From assembly GCA_002729095.1 (NCBI GenBank), contig PBWC01000045.1, positions 108,778-172,777 of the forward strand: DNA of 64,000 nt, written 5' to 3'. The number at the start of each line of letters is the position of its first letter. Within the stretch, counting starts at the first letter, position 1. The notes below the pieces were generated by a model that searched no databases, had not been told where the DNA came from, and saw only the letters and a list, made by a program, of their open reading frames with translations. Made by a program: the position numbers and the translations under genes. This document shows positions 1 to 8,796 of this stretch, piece after piece. This DNA is from Methanobacteriota archaeon. Its GTDB lineage: Archaea > Thermoplasmatota > Poseidoniia > Poseidoniales > Poseidoniaceae.

Positions 1-83
1 GAACTCATTTCATCCCACCACCACTTCACGGATTTACACTGCTTGTTTCAAGGAAAGGATTTCCATCATCAACAATTGAATCA

Positions 84-548
84 ATGAATGATGATGCAGC
101 ATTTATTTGCCACAAAATTGAATCAAATTTACTCGATTCATTAGATCAAAGAATCAACAATATTACCGGCATACATGTTGAACAAAGAAAAATTGGTACT
201 ATTCTGAAAGAAGCGAAGAGAAGTAACGATGATTCTACAATTGAATCCGTTATAGGCAAGGATGGAAAACCCACTAATTCGAATATAAGACTACAATTGA
301 TAATTGAAACTTTGAGTTTTGATGGTAAGGTAACCGCCATCTGTGAAAGGATTATTTCACTAGAAAAAAGTCATATGGGCATGGTAAATTTACTAAAGGA
401 TTTCAATACTTTGATTTCACTTATGCAAGAAGAACGCCCAGAACCAACAAGAAGAATCCATGGGATGCCAGAAAATTATTATGAATCTAAAGAGCCTTTA
501 TTAGATTTAAATGATTATTCAGATTCGACTTCTTTGGATAAATCTTGA
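84..548 (+). CDS. hypothetical protein (no recognisable motifs)
   Basis: ORF of 154 aa with coding-like composition. No signal peptide or known motif. The 3' end overlaps the convergent ORF at 515..1201. Confidence 0.3.
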   Translation: MNDDAAFICHKIESNLLDSLDQRINNITGIHVEQRKIGTILKEAKRSNDDSTIESVIGKDGKPTNSNIRLQLIIETLSFDGKVTAICERIISLEKSHMGMVNLLKDFNTLISLMQEERPEPTRRIHGMPENYYESKEPLLDLNDYSDSTSLDKS

Positions 549-1201
549 TTAGAAATTAATTTGTCATAACCCTGTTTAGAGATATAATTTTCTAAATCAA
601 CCAATTCTGAAGGATCCTGGTCATCACATAAATCACTAATTCCTTGGTCTATGTCCCGTCCAATTCTTTCCCAAGTGGCAGCAAATCTCTGAATATCAAA
701 AGCAAACCTCTCAACTCCTTCAACAGCAGACATATTCGGATTTAGAACCGTCTTAATTGACTCTGAAATATTTTCATTTGCAATTCTTAATCTTGAGATA
801 TCCTTGGCAACATCGAGTAGAGTTAATCTTAGATCTTCGATATTATTGTTTCTTGAAAACTTTCTTTGCGCCTTCTCGATACTTTTTCGCATACCAACAA
901 TTCCTGCAACCATAGCTTCTCTAGCTCTGGCTGATTCAATAATCACATTTTCTGCATTTGAAAGTCTAGTTCGTAATGATTCCTCGAATGAAGATAAATT
1001 TGATTTAATATCATTTTTGACTGTTTCATTTAGAGAATCCATCAATCCATAGATTTCCTTTATGGAAGACTTTGCTGATTTAACACTCCTACTCATTGAC
1101 AGCCCTAATTCTGCTAAATAGTTATCATGCTTCAAATAATTGGTTGAATAAACCATTTTTTTGAATTTTGGAATCAGCAACAAGGTATCGAAACCGCACA
1201 A
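515..1201 (-). CDS. hypothetical coiled-coil protein
   Basis: 228 aa, heptad-like charged and helical composition (SRLRIANENISESIKT, EKAQRKF), no TM segments. Function unknown. Confidence 0.35.
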   Translation of the reverse strand: MCGFDTLLLIPKFKKMVYSTNYLKHDNYLAELGLSMSRSVKSAKSSIKEIYGLMDSLNETVKNDIKSNLSSFEESLRTRLSNAENVIIESARAREAMVAGIVGMRKSIEKAQRKFSRNNNIEDLRLTLLDVAKDISRLRIANENISESIKTVLNPNMSAVEGVERFAFDIQRFAATWERIGRDIDQGISDLCDDQDPSELVDLENYISKQGYDKLISNQDLSKEVESE

Positions 1202-1267
1202 TTTTATTCATTTAGACACCGAAGACAGATATACCCCTTTGAACTCATAACGGGACAAGGTGATTAA

Positions 1268-3034
1268 TTGACAAGTAAAGGTGAACTGTTAAGCGAACTT
1301 TACCAAGCTCGTTTCGATCGCCTAAAAGAGATTGCTACAAGTTATCAAATGCCTAAAAATGGCTCTGTAGAGTCATTAAGAGCGAGGTTAATTGCCAACC
1401 TAATTCTAGATGAATGGGACTTAGGGAAAGGTGACATAAAATCGCTAAAAAACAAAGACATTGGTCAAATTCTTGGTATTTTCGGAATTAAAAAATCAGG
1501 ATCGATTAGAGAGAGAAGACAAAGACTGTATTTGCATCTCCATGAAGATCCAAAACAACTAACCCCTGAAAAACTAGATTCAATGACCAAGAGTCATTTA
1601 CACGAATTATGCAAAATTTTACAATTACCTTTGACTGGAGACAAGCAATCTCTTTTGGTTCGTGTTGCCGGCGTATTAGCATCACAACAGGGCTCTTGGG
1701 GCAAGGTCAAGAAAACACTAAGAAGGCCAAAAGATAAACTTAATGTCCCAAAAATTCCTAAACCATCTGAACAAGATGATGATCAGATAAACGAAGATAC
1801 AGATGAGCAACTCGTTGTGAAGACTGTCGATGATTTCGTCGCAAATCATCCAGAAGGATGGACTTTCGAACAAGAAACCGAATTGAGAAATGAATTATCC
1901 GAAGAAGGGTTCGATACAACGAAAAATATTGTTGCTCAAACTATTGATACTGTACTTAGGTCAAATCAAGAAACTGAAGAGGCTGAAACTCCTTCAATGA
2001 TTCAGACCCCTATTGGATTTGATTCTCAAGTAAATAGTCTTGAAGTAGAAGCATCATTGATAGAATTGAATTCTAGGATTGCTGAAATAGAGGCTGCTGG
2101 AAGAGATTTCTTAATGGTGAGTAAATCTAGCGATGAAGAAGATTTGGAAGCATTTATTTCTAAATTTTCGGATTATGGTTTTATGGTTGAAGAACCGGTG
2201 GTTAGAAATGTTATCCGTAACAAAATAATGGAATTAGAATTCCAAACCCAAAATGAAAAAGATTCTATTAATTCTATGCCAAATTCATGGCGCGAAAGAG
2301 AAGCAATAAGAGAATTTGAAAATATTAGGAGCTCACTAAGAGATCAACTTGGTAATACTTTATCACTGCACCAAGGTGATTTAGTAAAAGCAAGAGTCGC
2401 GTTTGAAGAGATTGGTAGAAATATGGGGCTTGATATGAGAATCCCAAGTATATCTGGAAGAGTTCATGCCTTATTCGACCTTCATGTAGAAATTAATGAA
2501 GCAGAAGCTCTTCAAGACCCAAGCGTTGCAAGAAGAAATAGAATTCTGAGAATTCTTCACCATGGCTCAATACATCTTTCAACTGGAGAAAGAAGAACCA
2601 TAGAACGTCTTGAAAGGAACATTAAATCATTTGAAGAGGTGGTAGAAACCATCCTTGAATCAAGTGAGGGTAGATTTGATGAAGCTCAACAAGCACTAAT
2701 TATCAGATTTTTAGAATCTAGGGGTTACGATGTTAATACAGCGGATTTGAGACCAAGAATTCTTGCTTGTTCAGGTATCATCGGGGCTGAACTGGGACAC
2801 CTATCACCATCTGAAATTCCTAGAGTAGCACCTGGAATAATATTATCAGATAATCAGGTAGATGCAATTGTAACTGAATTGAAGTTACTTGCAGATGCTT
2901 TCAAACCTAAAAGTGATGAAGAAATTATCATTACTGATGATGATGAAGAAATCGCTGACGCTGCGGACAGGGTTAAATCAGCCAGAGAAAAAATCGATCA
3001 TATTGATGATGTTTTAGCAAGATTACGCGGATGA
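1268..3034 (+). CDS. hypothetical acidic protein with two N-terminal SAP/Rho-N-like helix-extended-helix motifs
   Basis: 588 aa. Residues ~10-45 (LKEIATSYQMPKNGSVESLRARLIANL) and ~110-140 (LHELCKILQLPLTGDKQSLLVRVAGVL) fit the L..L...ELR..L...GL...G.K..L..RL SAP-type pattern. The rest is acidic and helical. The 3' end abuts the convergent pilus ATPase gene. Confidence 0.4.
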   Translation: MTSKGELLSELYQARFDRLKEIATSYQMPKNGSVESLRARLIANLILDEWDLGKGDIKSLKNKDIGQILGIFGIKKSGSIRERRQRLYLHLHEDPKQLTPEKLDSMTKSHLHELCKILQLPLTGDKQSLLVRVAGVLASQQGSWGKVKKTLRRPKDKLNVPKIPKPSEQDDDQINEDTDEQLVVKTVDDFVANHPEGWTFEQETELRNELSEEGFDTTKNIVAQTIDTVLRSNQETEEAETPSMIQTPIGFDSQVNSLEVEASLIELNSRIAEIEAAGRDFLMVSKSSDEEDLEAFISKFSDYGFMVEEPVVRNVIRNKIMELEFQTQNEKDSINSMPNSWREREAIREFENIRSSLRDQLGNTLSLHQGDLVKARVAFEEIGRNMGLDMRIPSISGRVHALFDLHVEINEAEALQDPSVARRNRILRILHHGSIHLSTGERRTIERLERNIKSFEEVVETILESSEGRFDEAQQALIIRFLESRGYDVNTADLRPRILACSGIIGAELGHLSPSEIPRVAPGIILSDNQVDAIVTELKLLADAFKPKSDEEIIITDDDEEIADAADRVKSAREKIDHIDDVLARLRG

Positions 3035-4273
3035 TTATCTGCTGGCATAGAAATTCTGAATTACTTGGGTTACCGTTTGAATATCCCTAATATCTCTCCT
3101 TAGAAGATCTTCAATAATTTTCTGCCTCTGTTCAACATGTTTCTCAAAAACATCTGGAGTTACTCCTGCTGCTTGACAAATAATTTCTCTTAATTTTGAT
3201 GGAATTCCTGTTTCCTCAATTCTATCTTTAGCAGCATTATATTTCCAAATAACATTGAGTCTAGGCTTTGTTCCTTCCATTCCTGCAATTTCAGCGACTT
3301 CTGTAATCTTTCTCACTGTACTTCCATTTACGTGTAGCCTTGCCTGAATTATAATTAAATCAAGACCAGTAAGCATAATTGGTGGAACATTCATTGGAGG
3401 ATTTATCATTCTTGTAACAGTCTCTTGGGCAGTATTTGCGTGTAGAGAACCAAAAGAACCATCATGACCCGTGTTCATAGCAGTTAGTAGTGTAGCAGCC
3501 TCCGGGCCTCTTACCTCACCAACAATTATTCTATCTGGTCGCATACGAAGGCTAGATTTTAGGCAGTCATTCATATCAACTTCAGGGGTTCCATCAGGTC
3601 TCTCTCTTCTGGTTTCCATTCTCAACCAGTGGTCATGGTATACTTGCAATTCAGCAGTATCTTCTACGGTTAATAGTCTCCTATGCCAAGGGATATACAT
3701 ACCTAAACAATTCAAAGTCGTAGTTTTACCTGAACCTGTACCTCCTGCAATAACAAAGTTTGCAGGCCTACTATCTAGTCCTTCAATCCAAACCCACATC
3801 ATAGCAGCTAGGCGTGGGTTCACAGTTCCAAATTTAACTAAATCCAACATTGTAAGAGGATCTTCTCTAAATTTTCGGATAGTCAGTGTTGGTCCGTCTG
3901 GAGTTATAGGTGGAATTGTACCATTTACACGTGAACCATCAGGTAACCTTCCATCAAAAATTGGTACCATTCCAGGACCGTCTCCAAGAGGTACATTTGT
4001 GAAAGATGCTATATTCTTAGCGATTTGAATTCCAGCATTATCATCAATCCAAACATTGGTTCGACACATTCCATGATCTCTGTGGGCAACTTTGACACAT
4101 TGAGTACCGCCATTGTACATCACTTCTTCTAAATTATCATCTTCCAACAATACTGCTATATCTCCATATGGATTTGGGTCTATAGAACCATCGACGTGAT
4201 ATATTGGTGAAGGGTGATTTGGTTCTAGATAAATTGTAACTCTACCATATTGTGCTAATACTTTTTCTGACAT
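3035..4273 (-). CDS. type II/IV secretion-family ATPase (FlaI/ArlI/VirB11-like archaeal pilus or archaellum assembly ATPase)
   Basis: Walker A GGTGSGKTTTLN, Walker B-like LTVEDTAELQ, then RPDRIIVGEVRGPEA and NTGHDGSFGSLHAN blocks typical of the PilB/FlaI/VirB11 superfamily. I chose the start at 4273 (MSEKVL...), preceded by a GGAGG SD-like sequence. The six-frame ORF extends to 4351. Confidence 0.8.
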   Translation of the reverse strand: MSEKVLAQYGRVTIYLEPNHPSPIYHVDGSIDPNPYGDIAVLLEDDNLEEVMYNGGTQCVKVAHRDHGMCRTNVWIDDNAGIQIAKNIASFTNVPLGDGPGMVPIFDGRLPDGSRVNGTIPPITPDGPTLTIRKFREDPLTMLDLVKFGTVNPRLAAMMWVWIEGLDSRPANFVIAGGTGSGKTTTLNCLGMYIPWHRRLLTVEDTAELQVYHDHWLRMETRRERPDGTPEVDMNDCLKSSLRMRPDRIIVGEVRGPEAATLLTAMNTGHDGSFGSLHANTAQETVTRMINPPMNVPPIMLTGLDLIIIQARLHVNGSTVRKITEVAEIAGMEGTKPRLNVIWKYNAAKDRIEETGIPSKLREIICQAAGVTPDVFEKHVEQRQKIIEDLLRRDIRDIQTVTQVIQNFYASR

Positions 4274-4278
4274 ATTAT

Positions 4279-5010
4279 TTAACCTCCAATCAATTTGACT
4301 GCTCCTAAATACAATCCCATGGATACTGACATCCAGAACGGTAGCCACCAAAGGAAATCTTTCATTCTTCCAAGCATTCTGCCTGAAACCGACGCCGCTA
4401 TTGCTGATGCTGCAGCAAAGAATAGTGAAAATGTTTGATTAAATCCGCCTATTTGATATCCTTTACTGGCTGGTGCGAATAAACCAACAATAAATGCAAT
4501 TAGAACTGGTAAACCAATACATACAAAGATAATGATTAAAATTCCACGGGCCTGTAATTCACTTTCACGTTTATTCATCAAGTCATTTAATCTTTCATAA
4601 TCCATCGACAGGTCTGAAAGTATTCCTTGCAAGGGAGCATCTTGCGAGACTGCGGTTTCAATCAAAACGGTTACTCTTTGTACTTGAGCGGAACGTGTCT
4701 TAGAAGCAAAAGCAGATAGAGCTGCATCAAAAGAAGATGAATGACTAGATTCTAGGGTTTCAGTAAGTAGCTTGCCCAAAACACCAGGAGTATTCCTTCC
4801 TTGCTCCAACATGGCTTCTTGAATACCTCGTCCAGCACCAACTGCATCTGATAACGATTCTAGTAATGCTGGTAATTGGTTCTCGATACTTCTTCTTCTC
4901 TTCCTTTCAATCATTGGAGGAATTCCACCAGCAGCAAATGCAATTCCTAATACAGATAGAATTAGTAAAAGCATTTGGTCATTAAAGGCTTCGAGAATAT
5001 CAAAAATCAT
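4279..5010 (-). CDS. T2SS-F/TadC/FlaJ-like polytopic membrane platform protein (distal half)
   Basis: 243 aa. Cytoplasmic helical domain followed by three hydrophobic segments, the T2SSF (GspF/PilC/FlaJ) domain architecture. Start lies 7 nt after the stop of the upstream T2SSF-domain gene. End lies 5 nt before the ATPase gene. Confidence 0.6.
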   Translation of the reverse strand: MIFDILEAFNDQMLLLILSVLGIAFAAGGIPPMIERKRRRSIENQLPALLESLSDAVGAGRGIQEAMLEQGRNTPGVLGKLLTETLESSHSSSFDAALSAFASKTRSAQVQRVTVLIETAVSQDAPLQGILSDLSMDYERLNDLMNKRESELQARGILIIIFVCIGLPVLIAFIVGLFAPASKGYQIGGFNQTFSLFFAAASAIAASVSGRMLGRMKDFLWWLPFWMSVSMGLYLGAVKLIGG

Positions 5011-5017
5011 AATATCA

Positions 5018-5599
5018 CTACACCCCTGGGTCCTTGGTATGTGCCTTCAAGCCGATAAAAATCATTCCAACAAGAGTCATCATTAATCCTACATTAACTA
5101 CAGAATTAATTGTTGAGGAAGGAGGTAGTTGCATAAATGCCCCCAAATCTCCACTCATCAATTGTGGAATTAATCCTACGATAGCAAGAATAATTGGACC
5201 AATCATTCCAATTGAAAGAAGTGTTTCAGGAACCCCACCCAAATCTTCTATGTACTTTTTAACATCCTCATTTCTGTCATCTTCCATTCTCTTTCCTTGT
5301 TTTCTAAGAGTCTCGATCAAATCTGTATTCTGTGTCAGATTGGTATACATAGTGTTCAAAAGTCTACGGTATCCGTCAGATTCGGCTTTGTTCATTAAAC
5401 TCTTAATTTCTCTTTCCAACCCTCCAGACTTACCTGAACGCAACCTTTCCATGACATTGGAGAAGTCCGAAGAAATAATTCCGTAACCACCCGTTCCTAT
5501 CGTGTGTATGGCTGCTTCGAGCCCGACACCAGATGACATCAGAACATCCATTGTACGAATTACATACAGAATTTCTTTTTTCTCATCTAGTGAACGCAA
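5018..5599 (-). CDS. T2SS-F/TadB/FlaJ-like polytopic membrane platform protein (proximal half)
   Basis: 193 aa. Soluble helical N-domain plus C-terminal TM helices (IGMIGPIILAIVGLIPQL, VVNVGLMMTLVGMIFIGL). Second T2SSF-type domain immediately upstream of the first. Together they resemble a split FlaJ or a TadB/TadC pair. Confidence 0.6.
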   Translation of the reverse strand: MRSLDEKKEILYVIRTMDVLMSSGVGLEAAIHTIGTGGYGIISSDFSNVMERLRSGKSGGLEREIKSLMNKAESDGYRRLLNTMYTNLTQNTDLIETLRKQGKRMEDDRNEDVKKYIEDLGGVPETLLSIGMIGPIILAIVGLIPQLMSGDLGAFMQLPPSSTINSVVNVGLMMTLVGMIFIGLKAHTKDPGV

Positions 5600-5608
5600 T
5601 AAAATCCC

Positions 5609-5989
5609 TCAAACAATATCTTCAATTAATTCAAAAGTGAATGATTCATTCGAACCATCATATTCCATAGACGCAAATACAACCTTGACATCTCTCTCTT
5701 CGAATGGGTCATGAATACAAGGTTGACCGGAACGGAACATGGCTAAAATTTTCTTGTACTCGTCGATTTCCATTTCTCCGCTAATCGTGTAAATAGCAGA
5801 CTCAGAGCCTTCATCGTGCAAATTATCACCTTCTTCGCCACGAACAATTGTACGAGTCATTCTACGCGTTAGTCTTACTTTTATGTCTGCATTGGGTATT
5901 CTAACCCAATCAGCGCTGGTTGTTCCCGTTGCCGGGCGGATAAAGAAATCCATTCCTGCCATGTGGTTACCTCTATGCCACCCACACAA
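5609..5989 (-). CDS. small hypothetical protein co-transcribed between RPA genes and pilus platform genes
   Basis: 126-aa ORF (true start likely MAGMDFF... at internal Met). Ends 10 nt upstream of the platform gene. No recognisable motif. Could be an RPA14-like small subunit or a pilus accessory protein. Confidence 0.3.
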   Translation of the reverse strand: MCGWHRGNHMAGMDFFIRPATGTTSADWVRIPNADIKVRLTRRMTRTIVRGEEGDNLHDEGSESAIYTISGEMEIDEYKKILAMFRSGQPCIHDPFEERDVKVVFASMEYDGSNESFTFELIEDIV

Positions 5990-6022
5990 GCGAAAGAACT
6001 TGAATGTGTTGGGGATAAATGG

Positions 6023-6961
6023 TCAAGAAACTAATCTAAACCAACCAAATGCAGGTTCGTGGATTGAGCCTTCATCAGATAATGATTCTATCTTTTCCTC
6101 GGTCACAGAACGTGCAAAACCTCTAGCGGCAGCATTAGTAATTAGAGTTTCAAAATCCACTCCGTCACCTTGGTCTAATTTTTTGATAATATCTAGCAGA
6201 ACATCTGATAATTCTTCTGATTCACCTGAATCATCTTCATTTTTATTATCTTCAACCAATAGTTGCTGGGCAGGAGTTGTAGCAGACTCGATTTTTCCTT
6301 CAGCAATATCTAATGCTTGTAGTATATTGAGATTGTAATGTTCAAGATCTACATCACCATAATGATTTCTTGAAGCTACTATACCTTCGACCATGTGACT
6401 TGGAATTTCTGCCTTTGTCAATGCTTCAATAGTTGGCTCATAATCTAAAGAATCTGTAAAAATTTTCATTCTTTCCAATGTTCCTTGACATGCTTGAGTA
6501 AGCCAAACTGCATAGGCGTTTGAGTCAATTTCACATGCTTCTTCAGGGCGAAGTGAGGTATAGATTGCTCCTTCTTCTGTTTGGAAAAGTCGGGTTTTTG
6601 CTACCATCATGAGGAGAACTGGTTCACCGCTTTCTACTCTAGGAGAAAGTTGCAGAGTTAATTCTCTCATCGATTCTGATGCATAATCTCCGACTGAGAA
6701 ATAATGAACTCCGGATGGGTCCCTAATCTGTCCTTGGTATAGAACTGAACCATTAGCAGTATCTCTTGGTTCAAGCCTTTCCAATAAACCAGCTACAATT
6801 ACTCGATTAATTTTTGAACCAAGTTTCGTAATTACAAATGTTGGATCAAACTCTCCTGAACCCCTTTCACTCAAAGTAGATTCGCCGAATTCTGAAGCCA
6901 ACATATGCCATGCAGACTGCCTTTTTATTGAACGTGAAGGTTGCATTAGACCACCCCCCAT
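6023..6961 (-). CDS. RPA-associated OB-fold protein (RPA32/RPAP-like)
   Basis: 312 aa. OB-fold-like segment (VITKLGSKINRVIVAGLLERLEPRDTANGSVLYQGQIRDPSG) and an acidic C-terminal region. The start overlaps the stop of the upstream RPA large-subunit gene, which indicates an operon. Confidence 0.45.
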   Translation of the reverse strand: MGGGLMQPSRSIKRQSAWHMLASEFGESTLSERGSGEFDPTFVITKLGSKINRVIVAGLLERLEPRDTANGSVLYQGQIRDPSGVHYFSVGDYASESMRELTLQLSPRVESGEPVLLMMVAKTRLFQTEEGAIYTSLRPEEACEIDSNAYAVWLTQACQGTLERMKIFTDSLDYEPTIEALTKAEIPSHMVEGIVASRNHYGDVDLEHYNLNILQALDIAEGKIESATTPAQQLLVEDNKNEDDSGESEELSDVLLDIIKKLDQGDGVDFETLITNAAARGFARSVTEEKIESLSDEGSIHEPAFGWFRLVS

Positions 6962-8643
6962 TTTGCCCTAATTTCGGTTGCAAGCATTGCAGGGTCTAAA
7001 TTTACTAATTCTGCCTTTTCTGCTAATATCATTGCTCCTTGTCCATCAACAATCACCCGACCGCTTGCTACAACCTGTCTACCAAGTAACTTATTTCTTA
7101 GAGATTGAACAAATTCCATTTGTCCATTAGAACCTATTTCAGAGACGATGTCATCCTCACTTACTCCTAGAAGTTCTAGTGTTGCATCTTTGTTAATTAG
7201 AAGTGAGGAGGTGGCTTTCCCATCATCTATAACTAGTCTAAGTCTAATATCTTGATTTCCTGAATAATTATCGCACTGAGTTTCAGAGCATACACCGTCT
7301 TTTAGCACTCTTCTACATTGTGTACAGCGCATAATTACTCCACAATCCTCTCTAACACTTGCAACAACTCCTTTTGTTGAAACTCCCACTCTACTAGGGC
7401 CAGTTACTAAATCTCTTAATTCAACATCTACCACGTGATTTGAAAGGTCTATAGAAGAGTCCCATGGAGGAGAATCTAAAATCTCAACCTGATCTGCTTT
7501 GTCTACAGTAATGTCAGGAATTCCTTGCCAAGAGCGAACTCTAACTCCCTTGAGTTTTACAGTAATTGGAAGATCTGAACTTTTCACTGGAAGTTCTTCC
7601 CATGCACTCATTCGGCATTTTCCTGAAGGGTCAGCTATTTGTCCAGACCAAAGGAATTTTTCTTGGCCGTCTCGAACAAAAGAACGCTTGTTCCATTCTG
7701 TCAATTGAACAATTGTTTCTACATCTCTAGAACCGTCCCTCAATTGAGAAATTGTTAGCACATTTTGCTGCATCAGAGATTCAGCATTTGCAAAATTAGA
7801 ATCGTGGAAAATCTCTACTTTTGTCGTCCTACCGAAATTTAGCTCTGGTGTATCTCTGAAAGTCCTAACTTGTGCTCCATCAATCTTGACTAAAGTACCT
7901 ACTTCATGCTCAAATGGCTCCCAAGATAAGAATCCAATTGTCCCAGTTTCATCAGCAATTCGTCCTCTAACTACGTCTATAGAACCTGAGCCGTCCTTCC
8001 TATGAATTTGATCAGGACGAGATGAAAGAATTCTTCCGACTACACAAATATAACCATCTTTAGGAATACTATTGATTTCAATTGGTTCTCCTGGTGCAAC
8101 GACTGGTCTTGTTCCTTCTCTTAGAATTGCAATTCTGGTACTCTGATTGATATTAAGTGACATTCTGCCTTGATATTCATTCACTGAAGCACCTTCGATT
8201 CTAACAACCGAACCTGGAGTAATGTTAGAATTAGGACCCCAGTCTTTATACTCCCACCTATTTCTTTTGGCTCCATCATCCCAAGGAGAGTCCTCAAGTA
8301 AACCAAATGCAATTTGCTTCTGTTCACCTCTAATTGTTTGTTCTCTCAAGTTATGTGAAATTATTTCAACCTCGATTTCAATATCCCTATCATTAGATGA
8401 TAATTCACTTAGGCTAGCCACTTTCTTAGTAACCTTAGTTGGGTTTTCTGAATTGGAGCTGTTGGAAGTTGATGGAGCCATTTCCCCCTTGAATCTACGT
8501 ATGATAGAACGTAAAGCATCTTGAGGAGGAATATAGAATTCGCTTTCGTATTTTTCAAATGCTTCTCTAACTTCATCCTTGTCAGCATTTGGACATTCGG
8601 ACAAAACCGCACTAATGTGCGATTCATACTTTTCATCAGACAT
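6946..8643 (-). CDS. rpa: replication protein A large subunit (RPA1-like ssDNA-binding protein with multiple OB folds and a zinc ribbon)
   Basis: 565 aa. Repeated OB-fold blocks (VVRIEGASVNEY..., ICVVGRILSSRPDQIHRKDGSGSIDVVRGRIADETGTIGF, VETIVQLTEWNKRSF...WSGQIADPSGKCRMSAWEE). C4 zinc ribbon CTQCRRVL...GVCSETQCDN near the C-terminus. This is the typical euryarchaeal RPA architecture. Confidence 0.75.
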   Translation of the reverse strand: MSDEKYESHISAVLSECPNADKDEVREAFEKYESEFYIPPQDALRSIIRRFKGEMAPSTSNSSNSENPTKVTKKVASLSELSSNDRDIEIEVEIISHNLREQTIRGEQKQIAFGLLEDSPWDDGAKRNRWEYKDWGPNSNITPGSVVRIEGASVNEYQGRMSLNINQSTRIAILREGTRPVVAPGEPIEINSIPKDGYICVVGRILSSRPDQIHRKDGSGSIDVVRGRIADETGTIGFLSWEPFEHEVGTLVKIDGAQVRTFRDTPELNFGRTTKVEIFHDSNFANAESLMQQNVLTISQLRDGSRDVETIVQLTEWNKRSFVRDGQEKFLWSGQIADPSGKCRMSAWEELPVKSSDLPITVKLKGVRVRSWQGIPDITVDKADQVEILDSPPWDSSIDLSNHVVDVELRDLVTGPSRVGVSTKGVVASVREDCGVIMRCTQCRRVLKDGVCSETQCDNYSGNQDIRLRLVIDDGKATSSLLINKDATLELLGVSEDDIVSEIGSNGQMEFVQSLRNKLLGRQVVASGRVIVDGQGAMILAEKAELVNLDPAMLATEIRAKWGVV

Positions 8644-8796
8644 GTTTTTTCACCCCGACAGACATTTTTCTCATCGATTGCCTGTGCGGAGTACAGGCTT
8701 CGGGTATTCGTGCGGATTGGTTAAGACTAGACACTCCCTTTACCTCCATGGTGACACTTACCACAGACGACAGGAAATAAAGAATGCCCTTAGAAA

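Noticed and set aside
3471-4028. 185-aa plus-strand ORF inside the pilus ATPase gene. Similar antisense ORFs occur at 5034..5486, 13805..14335, 27661..27870, 57925..58245, 58441..58749 and 59014..59241.
   Set aside because: Each is fully embedded antisense to a strongly supported CDS with clear family motifs, has low-complexity Ser/Leu/Ile-rich composition and lacks any motif. These are typical shadow ORFs in AT-rich DNA.
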